From Lingula anatina (lineage: Eukaryota; Animalia; Brachiopoda): 64,000 nt of DNA. The stretch spans positions 5,580,001-5,644,000 of the forward strand of contig CM120646.1 of assembly GCA_051362555.1 (NCBI GenBank), written 5' to 3'. Shown piece by piece: positions 25,701-37,100 of this stretch (position 1 is the stretch's first letter; every line of letters starts with the position of its first letter). The notes below the pieces were generated by a model. The model was given only the letters and a program-made list of their open reading frames with translations. It made no database searches and was not told where the DNA came from. Position numbers and translations under genes: made by a program.

Positions 25701-27316
25701 CATGGTACAGACGGCGTGAAAACAGTAGTGAAGAAATGTACGAAGAAGATTCAACCCACTGTATATTTTTGGCAATAAAGGAGTGGCTGGGGAATATAAC
25801 ACCAGTGCTTCTTTTTGTCAAACCTGTTCAGTGGGAAAAACCTCAAATAATATGAAGAAATTGATGCAGATGGAAAACAAATTTGGTCATGATGTAAAAT
25901 TGGCAGAAGTTTGTGGCTGTGAAACTGAACAGTCACAATTTTATGTCAACATTACAACATGGTCAAAACAGCATGAAAATACAAGTGAAGACGAATCGAA
26001 TGATGTTAAGAATTTGACACACATTGGGAAAGATTATTTTAGGCCATGATGTAGAATTGGCAGAAGATTGTGGCTGTAAAACTGATCAGTCACAATTTTA
26101 TGTCAACATTACACCATGGTACAGACAGCGTGAAAACACAAGTGAAGAAATATTCAAAGATTCATCCCACTGTATATTTTTGGCAATAAAGGAGTGGCTG
26201 GGGAATATAACACCAGTGCTTCTTTTTGTCAAACCTGTTCAGTGGGAAAAACCTCAAATAATGTGAAGAAATAGATGCAGATGGAAAACAAATTTGGTCA
26301 TGATGTAAAATTGGCAGAAGATTGTGGCTGTGAAACTGACCAGTCACAATTTGATGTCAACATTACAACATGGTCAAGACAGCGTGAAAATACAAGTGAA
26401 GACGAATCGAATGATGTTAAGAATTTGACACACTTTGGGAAAGATTATTTTAGGCCATGATGTAGAATTGGCAGAAGATTGTGGCTGTAAAACTGATCAG
26501 TTGCAATTTCATGTCAATACTACACCAAAGTCCAGTCAACAGCTTTGTTTGGTTTGTTGTAGGATTAAACATTGTAAGATGATTAGTTTACAGGTAGACA
26601 AGATAAAATCTTGATTGCAATCATAGCTGAGAAGTCACCTGTGGAAAGTCTACTACTTGGGCTGTGACAACTGTACACATGACACATGAATAGAACAAGG
26701 GTGACACTAAATACAACTGGTAAGAATGGACAGACAGAGATAAGACAGCTTGACAGAAGTAAACTTGAATATCTTGACATATTTGACATGGGGGATGAGG
26801 TATAAAAGCAACTACACAGTAGAAACCAGACAGAAAGCTCTTGGATAAGAGCATAAGAACAGTCATGATGTAAGATGTGCATAAATTTTGGACCATGATG
26901 TAGAATTGGCAGAAGATTGTGGCTGTGAATGTGACCAGTCACAATTTTATGTCAACATTACACCATGGTACAGACAGCGTGAAAACACAAGTGAAGAAAT
27001 ATTCAAAGATTCAACCCACTGTATATTTTTGGCAATAAAGGAGTGGCTGGGGAATATAACACCAGTGCTTTTTTTTTGTCAAACCTGTTCAGTGGGAAAA
27101 ACCTCAAATAATGTGAAGAAATAGATGCAGATGGGATAACAAGGCAGCAAAGCTGTCAAATGTACAGACAAAAACCAGAAAATAAAAACGCAGGAAATAG
27201 GATACTGTCAATTCTGATGAACTAATGTATTATGCTTACTGTAACTGCATAGCCAACATCAAATTCTTATTCTGCATAACATTGGATTAGGATGAAAGTA
27301 AAATGTGTATCAAGCA

Positions 27317-27541
27317 TTAGACTAAGTTCCCATACCTAAATCAATCTAACAGGATCAATGCAACTCCAAGGGGTTTCTCACTAAATTGCTTTCAGTTTGA
27401 GAGTCTTAGGATTCTGGCATGCCAGTTTCAGAAGGCGTGACAGACAACTAAGCCACTTACATTGATTGCAATTTAGCGAGAATTCCCATGGAGATAGATC
27501 GATCCACAGTTAGCGTGATAGGGTCTGGAAATAGTCCCTAA
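27317..27541. mobile_element. Decayed MITE-like foldback nested in the HINE
   Basis: CTCCAAGGGGTTTCTCACTAAATTGC (27364-27389) matches the reverse complement of 27468-27493 at 22/26. Similarity extends outward with indels to ~70-bp arms. A central palindrome CTGGCATGCCAG lies at 27415-27426. Confidence 0.55.
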
Positions 27542-27627
27542 GGTGTCAGGCTGATAAGAGTTAAACTTTGGAAATGCCAGAATGAGGTACAGTGAAAATC
27601 ACACACAAAAAAATTGCTTAAACTCAT

Positions 27628-27682
27628 TAAAAAAAAAAATATATATATATATATATGTATATATTATTAATTTTTTTTTTTT
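27628..27682. repeat. poly(A)-(TA)n-poly(T) low-complexity tract
   Basis: An A-run, about nine AT dinucleotides and a T-run are directly visible. Confidence 0.9.
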
Positions 27683-29043
27683 GGGCTGTATGTCAATCCT
27701 AAGAATCATTCTTGTAACTTAACAAAATACAGAAAATGTTACAAAGTAAGAGTACAGGGCTCCTGGCAGATGGGAGTGATAAGTCACAACTTGAAAATGC
27801 CAGTATAGCACTCTATAAACCTGCATTGCCTCCAAAACAGAAAACAATCACACTGGTTTTCAAACACAAGCTGCGCACTTCTGTCTTATGAAACTTTTCA
27901 CTAAGTTTCAGTATCGTAAGTAACATGGTTTTCCCTTAATCGCTATCCTGGCAGCAGTGTCCAAAATAGGGTTTTCTTCAACTTTCATGCAATAAAACAT
28001 AATACTTAACAGCATAATGACCATCAAATTTTTTATAAAAAAATAAAAGTATCATGAAAATTCAGAAAATGTGATTTGGGAAGGTCTTCAAGGCCATGGA
28101 AGTTCAGAGTCACACTTTCAAAATGCCAAAATGTAAACAAGAGATAACTGTACTGAAATGATTTTCTTTCCATTTTCAACACCTTTTTTAAAACAAAATG
28201 ATCAATAAACTGTCATTTTTAAATGTTCAACTAGGAAAATATAGGAAAAATAGCAATAGAACAATTTTCAATGTCCAATTTGCTCCATTTGCAGATGCTG
28301 AACATAGTGAATGATTAAATCTGACAAACTGCAATGATGAGTTCCTTTCCATTTATGATACTTTATTACACAATGCACAATATTATAACAGGTTTACCGT
28401 CATTTTTATATAATCAACAAACAATATTGTTAAGAAGCAGAAAATGTCAAAACAACACTTTTACATATCTTATTAGTTCCATAATGAGACTGTTAACATG
28501 CCTAAGAATTAAATCTGAAGAAATAACAATTATATACAAAAATACAGAAAATGCACAGCACTTCTGGTGGATGGGAGTATAAAATCACATCTTGAAGATG
28601 CTTGTGTTTGAAAAATAATTTTAAAAAATTTTTAAATAAAACGTAAAAAATTCCAATAAAGCTGCTATTCAAACTTTTAATCTAGCTGTATTAACTTGAT
28701 ATTAATAACCCCACCAAGTTTGAGAAAAATAAAGCACTGTTATTCATCTATAGCATGTTGGCATAACACAATCTTTTTGTTGTAAATTTATTTGCAATGT
28801 TAAATACCATTTATCTGCACAATTATCACCAAATCCTAATTTTGTGACACAGTTAAGAGAGCTAAACCTATGGGACTTTACAGGGAAATCTCAAGGAGTG
28901 TTTTATGTAATCTCATTTAATGGCCAATTGAAAATTAATGAGTAGGCAAGTGACTTTATAGACCTTAATTTAATTAGTGATCACCCAAGGGACAATTTTA
29001 TAGACTAGCTGCCATCCATACAGTACCATCATATAGCACAAAG

Positions 29044-29706
29044 GTGTTGCATACATGCTGAAAAAAGTGAAAAAAACAGCATAACTTCCCTAAAAATGAC
29101 CCGATGATGCTGATTTTCAAACTTGACCTGCGTATTATGAATATTCATTAGTTCTGCAAGTTTCAAACCAAAAGGTAAAATGGTTTTCCACTTATCATGT
29201 TATCAGTGTTGCATATATGCTGAAAAAAGTGAAAAACAGCATAACTTCCCTAAAAATGACCCAATCATACTGATTTTCAAACTTGACCTGCGTATTATGA
29301 ATATTCATCAGTTCTGTAAGTTTGAAACCAAAAGGTAAAATGGTTTTCCACTTATCGTGTTATCGGTGCTGCATATATGCTGAAAAAAGTGAAAAAACAG
29401 CATAACTACCCTAAAAATGACCCATTCATGCTGATTTTCGAACTTGACCTGCGTAATATGAATATTCATTAGTTCTGCAAGTTTCAAGCCAAAAGGTAAA
29501 ATGATTTTTCACTTATCATGTTATCAGTGTTGCATATATGGTGAAAAAAGTGAAAAACAGCATAACTTCCCTAAAAATGACCCGATCATGCTGATTTTCG
29601 AACTTGACCTGCGTATTATGAATATTCATCAGTTTTGTAAGTTTCAAGGGAAAAGGTAAAATGGTTTTCCACTTATCGTGTTATCGGTGCTGCATATATG
29701 CTGAAA
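29044..29706. repeat. HINE internal tandem repeat block 1, four ~161-bp monomers
   Basis: G(C/G)TGAAA...CAGCATAACTTCCCTAAAAATGACCC...AACTTGACCTGCGTATTATGAATATTC recurs from 29057, 29219, 29379 and 29540, ending at ~29700. Confidence 0.95.
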
Positions 29707-30098
29707 CAAGACAGCACTGTTCTGCAATGGGTTTACTTCCATTTTTAAAACACTTTTTTAACATAAAACAAAATAAACAGTTTTCTACCATTTGTATATG
29801 ATCAACTAAGAAAATTGATGAGATGGGAAAAATATCAATAGAACAGTGTTAAATGTCCAATTTCCTCCATTCTGAGATAATGAATATAGTAGATGATTGA
29901 ATCTGCCAAACTGCAATAATATTTATTTCCATTTTTGACACTTTATAACATAATGCACAATAACAAGTTTACCATCATTTTTACATAATCAACTAACAAT
30001 GTTATTAAGATGCAGGAAATGTCAAACAAACACTTTTACGTATCTTATTAGTTCAATAATGAGACTGTTAATATGCCTAACAATTGAATCTGAGGAAA

Positions 30099-31044
30099 TG
30101 TGAAAAAACAGCATAACTTCTAAAAGAATGGCCCAATTATGCTGATTTTGGAACTCAACTTGCGTTTTAGTTAGTTTGACTACTCCTGTGAGTATAATGA
30201 CAATTGGCCTATCTGTTTTTCTTATATTGTGTTATAAGCGTTGCATATATGTTGAAAGAAGTGAAAAAACAGCATAACATCCCTAAAAATGGCCCGATCA
30301 TGCTGATTTTCAAACTTGACCTGCGTAATTTGAATATTCATCAGTTTTATAAGTTTCAAGCCAAAAGGTAAAATGATTTTCCATTTATGGTGTTATCGGT
30401 GCTGCATATATGCTGAAAAAAGAGAAAAAATAGCCTAAATTCACTAAAAATGATCCAATCACGCTGATTTTCGAACTTGACCTGCGTATTATGAATATTC
30501 ATCAGTTCTGTAAGTTTCAAGTCAAAAGGTAAAATGGTTTTCCACTTATCGTGTTATCGGTGCTGCATATATGCTGAAAAAAGTGAAAAAACAGCATAAA
30601 TTCCCTAAAAGTGACCCGATCATGCTGATTTTCGAACTTGACCTGCGTATTATGAATATTCATCAGTTCTGTAAGTTTCAAGTCAAAAGGTAAAATGGTT
30701 TTCCACTTATCGTGTTATCGGTGCTGCATACATGCTGAAAAAAGTGAAAAAACAGCATAAATTCCCTAAAAGTAACCCGATTATGCTGATTTTCGAACTT
30801 GACCTGCGTATTATGAATATTCATCAGTTCTGTAAGTTTCAAGTCAAAAGGTAAAATGGTTTTCCACTTATCGTGTTATCGGTGCTGCATATATGCTGAA
30901 AAAAGTGAAAAAACAGCATAAATTCCCTAAAAGCGACCCGATCATGCTGATTTTCGAACTTGACCTGCGTATTATGAATATTCATCAGTTCTGCAAGTTT
31001 CAAGTCAAAAGGTAAAATGGTTTTCCACTTATCGTGTTATCGGT
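30099..31044. repeat. HINE internal tandem repeat block 2, about six 161-bp monomers (first degenerate, last truncated)
   Basis: Monomer starts at 30251, 30412, 30573, 30734 and 30895, with a period of 161. Confidence 0.95.
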
Positions 31045-31050
31045 AAAAGT

Positions 31051-31099
31051 GCACGGCGACGGCAACGGCGACGACGGCGACGACAGACGCAGATGATGG
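31051..31099. repeat. Cryptic (GAC/GGC)n microsatellite next to the HINE terminal hairpin
   Basis: GCACGGCGACGGCAACGGCGACGACGGCGACGACAGACGCAGATGATGG. This position is typical of HINE/DINE-1-like elements. Confidence 0.85.
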
Positions 31100-31133
31100 C
31101 AATATGTACAGACACATCTGTGTCTGTACATAA

Positions 31134-34100
31134 AAATTGGCCATGATGTAGAATTGGCAGAAGATTGTGGCTGTGAATGTGATCAGTCGCAATTCTAAGT
31201 CAACATTACAACATGGTACAGACGGCGTGAAAACAGAAGTGAAGAAATGTACGAAGAAGATTTAACCCCACTGTATATTTTTGGCAATAAAGGAGTGGCT
31301 GGGGAATATAACACCAGTGCTTCTTTTTGTCAAACCTGTTCAGAGGGAAAAACCTCAAATAATGTGAAGAAATAGATGCAGATGGGATAAAAATTGGCCA
31401 TGATGTAGAATTGGCAGAAGATTGTGGCTGTGAATGTGATCAGTCGCAATTTTAAGTCAACATTACAACATGGTACAGACGGCGTTAAAAACAGAAGTGA
31501 AGAAATGTACGAAGAAGATTTAACCCACTGTATATTTTTGGCAATAAAGGAGTGGCTGGGGAATATAACACCAGTGCTTCTTTTTGTCAAACCTGTTCAG
31601 TGGGAAAAACCTCAAATAATATGAAGAAATTGATGCAGATGGGATAAAAATTGGCCATGATGTAGAATTGGCAGAAGATTGTGACTGTGAATGTGATCAG
31701 TCGCAATTTTAAGTCAACATTACAACATGGTACAGACGGCGTGAAAACAGAAGTGAAGAAATGTACAAAGAAGATTCAACCCACTGTATATTTTTGGCAA
31801 TAAAGGAGTGGCTGGGGAATATAACACCAGTGCTTCTTTTTGTGAAACCTGTTCAGTGGGAAAAACCTCAAATAATGTGAAGAAATAGATGCAGATGGAA
31901 AACAAATTTGGTCATGATGTAAAATTGGCAGAAGATTGTGGCTGTGAAACTGACCAGTCACAATTTGATGTCAACATTACAACATGGTCAAGACAGCGTG
32001 AAAATACAAGTGAAGACGAATCGAATGATGTTAAGAATTTGACACACGTTGGGAAAGATTATTTTAGGCCATGATGTAGAATTGGCAGAAGATTGTGGCT
32101 GTAAAACTGATCAGTTGCAATTTCATGTCAATAATACACCAAAGTCCAGTCAACAGCTTTGTTTGGTTTGTTGTAGGATTAAACATTGTAAGATGATTAG
32201 TTTACAGGTAGACAAGATAAAATCTTGATTGCAATCATAGCTGAGAAGTCACCTGTGGAAAGTCTACTACTTGGGCTGTGACAACTGTACACATGACACA
32301 TGAATAGAACAAGGGTGACACTAAATACAACTGGTAAGAATGGACAGACAGAGATAAGACAGCTTGACAGAAGTAAACTTGAATATCTTGACATATTTGA
32401 CATGGGGGATGAGGTATAAAAGCAACTACACAGTAGAAACCAGACAGAAAGCTCTTGGATAAGAGCATAAGAACAGTCATGATGTAAGGTGTGCATAAAT
32501 TTTGGGCCATGATGTAGAATTGGCAGAAGATTGTGGCTGTGAATGTGACCAGTCACAATTTTATGTCAACATTACACCATGGTACAGACAGCGTGAAAAC
32601 ACAAGTGAAGAAATATTCAAAGATTCAACCCACTGTATATTTTTGGCAATAAAGGAGTGGCTGGGGAATATAACACCAGTGCTTCTTTTTGTCAAACCTG
32701 TTCAGAGGGAAAAACCTCAAATAATGTGAAGAAATAGATGCAGATGGGATAAAAATTGGCCATGATGTAGAATTGGCAGAAGATTGTGGCTGTGAATGTG
32801 ATCAGTCGCAATTTTAAGTCAACATTACAACATGGTACAGACGGCGTGAAAACAGAAGTGAAGAAATGTACAAAGAAGATTCAACCCACTGTATATTTTT
32901 GGCAATAAAGGAGTGGCTGGGGAATATAACACCAGTGCTTCTTTTTGTCAAACCTGTTCAGTGGGAAAAACCTCAAATAATATGAAGAAATTGATGCAGA
33001 TGGGATAAAAATTGGCCATGATGTAGAATTGGCAGAAGATTGTGACTGTGAATGTGATCAGTCGCAATTTTAAGTCAACATTACAACATGGTACAGACGG
33101 CGTGAAAACAGAAGTGAAGAAATGTACAAAGAAGATTCAACCCACTGTATATTTTTGGCAATAAAGGAGTGGCTGGGGAATATAACACCAGTGCTTCTTT
33201 TTGTGAAACCTGTTCAGTGGGAAAAACCTCAAATAATGTGAAGAAATAGATGCAGATGGAAAACAAATTTGGTCATGATGTAAAATTGGCAGAAGATTGT
33301 GGCTGTGAAACTGACCAGTCACAATTTGATGTCAACATTACAACATGGTCAAGACAGCGTGAAAATACAAGTGAAGACGAATCGAATGATGTTAAGAATT
33401 TGACACACGTTGGGAAAGATTATTTTAGGCCATGATGTAGAATTGGCAGAAGATTGTGGCTGTAAAACTGATCAGTTGCAATTTCATGTCAATAATACAC
33501 CAAAGTCCAGTCAACAGCTTTGTTTGGTTTGTTGTAGGATTAAACATTGTAAGATGATTAGTTTACAGGTAGACAAGATAAAATCTTGATTGCAATCATA
33601 GCTGAGAAGTCACCTGTGGAAAGTCTACTACTTGGGCTGTGACAACTGTACACATGACACATGAATAGAACAAGGGTGACACTAAATACAACTGGTAAGA
33701 ATGGACAGACAGAGATAAGACAGCTTGACAGAAGTAAACTTGAATATCTTGACATATTTGACATGGGGGATGAGGTATAAAAGCAACTACACAGTAGAAA
33801 CCAGACAGAAAGCTCTTGGATAAGAGCATAAGAACAGTCATGATGTAAGGTGTGCATAAAATTTGGGCCATGATGTAGAATTGGCAGAAGATTGTGGCTG
33901 TGAATGTGACCAGTCACAATTTTATGTCAACATTACACCATGGTACAGACAGCGTGAAAACACAAGTGAAGAAATATTCAAAGATTCAACCCACTGTATA
34001 TTTTTGGCAATAAAGGAGTGGCTGGGGAATATAACACCAGTGCTTCTTTTTGTCAAACCTGTTCAGAGGGAAAAACCTCAAATAATGTGAAGAAATAGAT

Positions 34101-37100
34101 GCAGATGGGATAAAAATTGGCCATGATGTAGAATTGGCAGAAGATTGTGGCTGTGAATGTGATCAGTCGCAATTTTAAGTCAACATTACAACATGGTACA
34201 GACGGCGTGAAAACAGAAGTGAAGAAATGTACAAAGAAGATTCAACCCACTGTATATTTTTGGCAATAAAGGAGTGGCTGGGGAATATAACACCAGTGCT
34301 TCTTTTTGTCAAACCTGTTCAGTGGGAAAAACCTCAAATAATGTGAAGAAATAGATGCAGATGGGATAAAAATTGGCCATGATGTAGAATTGGCAGAAGA
34401 TTGTGGCTGTGAATGTGATCAGTCACAATTTTATGTCAACATTACACCATGGTACAGACAGCGTGAAAACACAAGTGAAGAAATATTCGAAGATTCAACC
34501 CACTGTATATTTTTGGCAATAAAGGAGTGGCTGGGGAATATAACACCAGTGCTTCTTTTTGTCAAACCTGTTCAGTGGGTAAAACCTCAAATAATGTGAA
34601 GAAATAGATGCAGATGGGATTAAAATTGGCCATGATGTAGAATTGGCAGAAGATTGTGGCTGTGAAACTGACCAGTCACAATTTTATGTCAACATTACAC
34701 CATGGTACAGACAGCGTGAAAACACAAGTGAAGAAATATTCGAAGATTCAACCCACTGTATATTTTTGGCAATAAAGGAGTGGCTGGGGAATATAACACC
34801 AGTGCTTCTTTTTGTCAAACCTGTTCAGTGGGAAAAACCTCAAATAATGTGAAGAAATAGATGTAGATGGAAAACAAATTTGGTCATGATGTAAAATTGG
34901 CAGAAGATTGTGGCTGTGAAACTGACCAGTCACAATTTGATGTCAACATTACAACATGGTCAAGACAGCGTGAAAATACAAGTGAAGACGAATCGAATGA
35001 TGTTAAGAATTTGACACGCGTTGGGAAAGATTATTTTAGGCCATGATGTAGAATTGGCAGAAGATTGTGGCTGTAAAACTGATCAGTCACAATTTTATGT
35101 CAACATTACACCATGGTACAGACAGCGTGAAAACACAAGTGAAGAAATATTCGAAGATTCAACCCACTGTATATTTTTGGCAATAAAGGAGTGGCTGGGG
35201 AATATAACACCAGTGCTTCTTTTTGTCAAACCTGTTCAGTGGGAAAAACCTCAAATAATGTGAAGAAATAGATGCAGATGGAAAACAAATTTGGTCATGA
35301 TGTAAAATTGGCAGAAGATTGTGGCTGTGAAACTGACCAGTCACAATTTGATGTCAACATTACAACATGGTCAAGACAGCGTGAAAATACAAGTGAAGAC
35401 GAATCGAATGATGTTAAGAATTTGACACACGTTGGGAAAGATTATTTTAGGCCATGATGTAGAATTGGCAGAAGATTGTGGCTGTAAAACTGATCAGTTG
35501 CAATTTCATGTCAATACTACACCAAAGTCCAGTCAACAGCTTTGTTTGGTTTGTTGTAGGATTAAACATTGTAAGATGATTAGTTTACAGGTAGACAAGA
35601 TAAAATCTTGATTGCAATCATAGCTGAGAAGTCACCTGTGGAAAGTCTACTACTTGGGCTGTGACAACTGTACACATGACACATGAATAGAACAAGGGTG
35701 ACACTAAATACAACTGGTAAGAATGGACAGACAGAGATAAGACAGCTTGACAGAAGTAAACTTGAATATCTTGACATATTTGGCATGGGGGATGAGGTAT
35801 AAAAGCAACTACACAGTAGAAACCAGACAGAAAGCTCTAGGATAAGAGCATAAGAACAGTCATGATGTAAGGTGTGCATAAATTTTGGGCCATGATGTAG
35901 AATTGGCAGAAGATTGTGGCTGTGAATGTGACCAGTCACAATTTTATGTCAACATTACACCATGGTACAGACAGCGTGAAAACACAAGTGAAGAAATATT
36001 CAAAGATTCAACCCACTGTATATTTTTGGCAATAAAGGAGTGGCTGGGGAATATAACACCAGTGCTTCTTTTTGTCAAACCTGTTCAGTGGGAAAAACGT
36101 CAAATAATGTGAAGAAATAGATGCAGATGGGATAAAAATTGGCCATGATGTAGAATTGGCAGAAGATTGTGGCTGTGAATGTGATCAGTCGCAATTTTAA
36201 GTCAACATTACAACATGGTACAGACGGCGTTAAAAACAGTAGTGAAGAAATGTACGAAGAAGATTCAACCCACTGTATATTTTTGGCAATAAAGGAGTGG
36301 CTGGGGAATATAACACCAGTGCTTCTTTTTGTCAAACCTGTTCAGTGGGTAAAACCTCAAATAATGTGAAGAAATAGATGCAGATGGGATTAAAATTGGC
36401 CATGATGTAGAATTGGCAGAAGATTGTGGCTGTGAAACTGACCAGTCACAATTTTATGTCAACATTACACCATGGTACAGACAGCGTGAAAACACAAGTG
36501 AAGAAATATTCGAAGATTCAACCCACTGTATATTTTTGGCAATAAAGGAGTGGCTGGGGAATATAACACCAGTGCTTCTTTTTGTCAAACCTGTTCAGTG
36601 GGAAAAACCTCAAATAATATGAAGAAATTGATGCAGATGGAAAACAAATTTGGTCATGATGTAAAATTGGCAGAAGATTGTGGCTGTGAATGTGTTCAGT
36701 CGCAATTTTAAGTCAACATTACAACATGGTATAGACGGCATGAAAACAGAAGTGAAGAAATGTACGAAGAAGATTTAACCCACTGTATATTTTTGGCAAT
36801 AAAGGAGTGGCTGGGGAATATAACACCAGTGCTTCTTTTTGTCAAACCTGTTCAGTGGGTAAAACCTCAAATAATGTGAAGAAATAGATGCAGATGGGAT
36901 TAAAATTGGCCATGATGTAGAATTGGCAGAAGATTGTGGCTGTGAAACTGACCAGTCACAATTTTATGTCAACATTACACCATGGTACAGACAGCGTGAA
37001 AACACAAGTGAAGAAATATTCGAAGATTCAACCCACTGTATATTTTTGGCAATAAAGGAGTGGCTGGGGAATATAACACCAGTGCTTCTTTTTGTCAAAC

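Larger units (their letters stand above)
1..27137 (+). repeat. Modular tandem array, left part: units A (~255 bp), B (~157 bp) and C (~438 bp) sharing a ~78-bp core; candidate miRNA mega-cluster
   Basis: The core GG(C/T)CATGATGTA(G/A)AATTGGCAGAAGATTGTGGCTGT recurs at 214, 467, 725, 981, 1235, 1392 and 1830 (spacings 253, 258, 256, 254, 157, 438). There are 18 full C units plus a partial one at 1-213. Copies are near-identical and all in one orientation. Confidence 0.98.
27138..31133 (-). mobile_element. Non-autonomous Helentron/Helitron2-type element (HINE, DINE-1-like), ~4.0 kb
   Basis: Interrupts GGGAT-AAAAA-TTGG within the A-run (TT target on the - strand, no clear long TSD). On the - strand it reads: T-run, perfect 13-bp hairpin TATGTACAGACAC/GTGTCTGTACATA (31103-31132), microsatellite-like tract, 161-bp tandem repeats, asymmetric subTIR ATGTACAGACA (27160-27170), short stem-loop GGCAGC-AAA-GCTGTC (27143-27157), TT end. 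No transposase ORF. Confidence 0.85.

Noticed and set aside
28334-28582. 82-aa ORF inside the insertion
   Set aside because: AT-rich with no Rep/helicase or transposase motifs, and not conserved as an ORF in the duplicated segment at ~29900-30098.
30610-30672. Possible hammerhead ribozyme on the - strand of the 161-bp monomer (CUGAUGA...GAAA), and CTGATGA at ~27214
   Set aside because: Stem II lacks the closing G-C pair and convincing pairing, and no valid NUH cleavage triplet follows stem III.
27136-31133. TA target-site duplication suggesting a Tc1/mariner MITE
   Set aside because: TA can be read on both sides, but the inverted repeats are asymmetric and subterminal, with a 3' stem-loop and T-rich ends. 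This fits a Helentron-type element in a T-run better.
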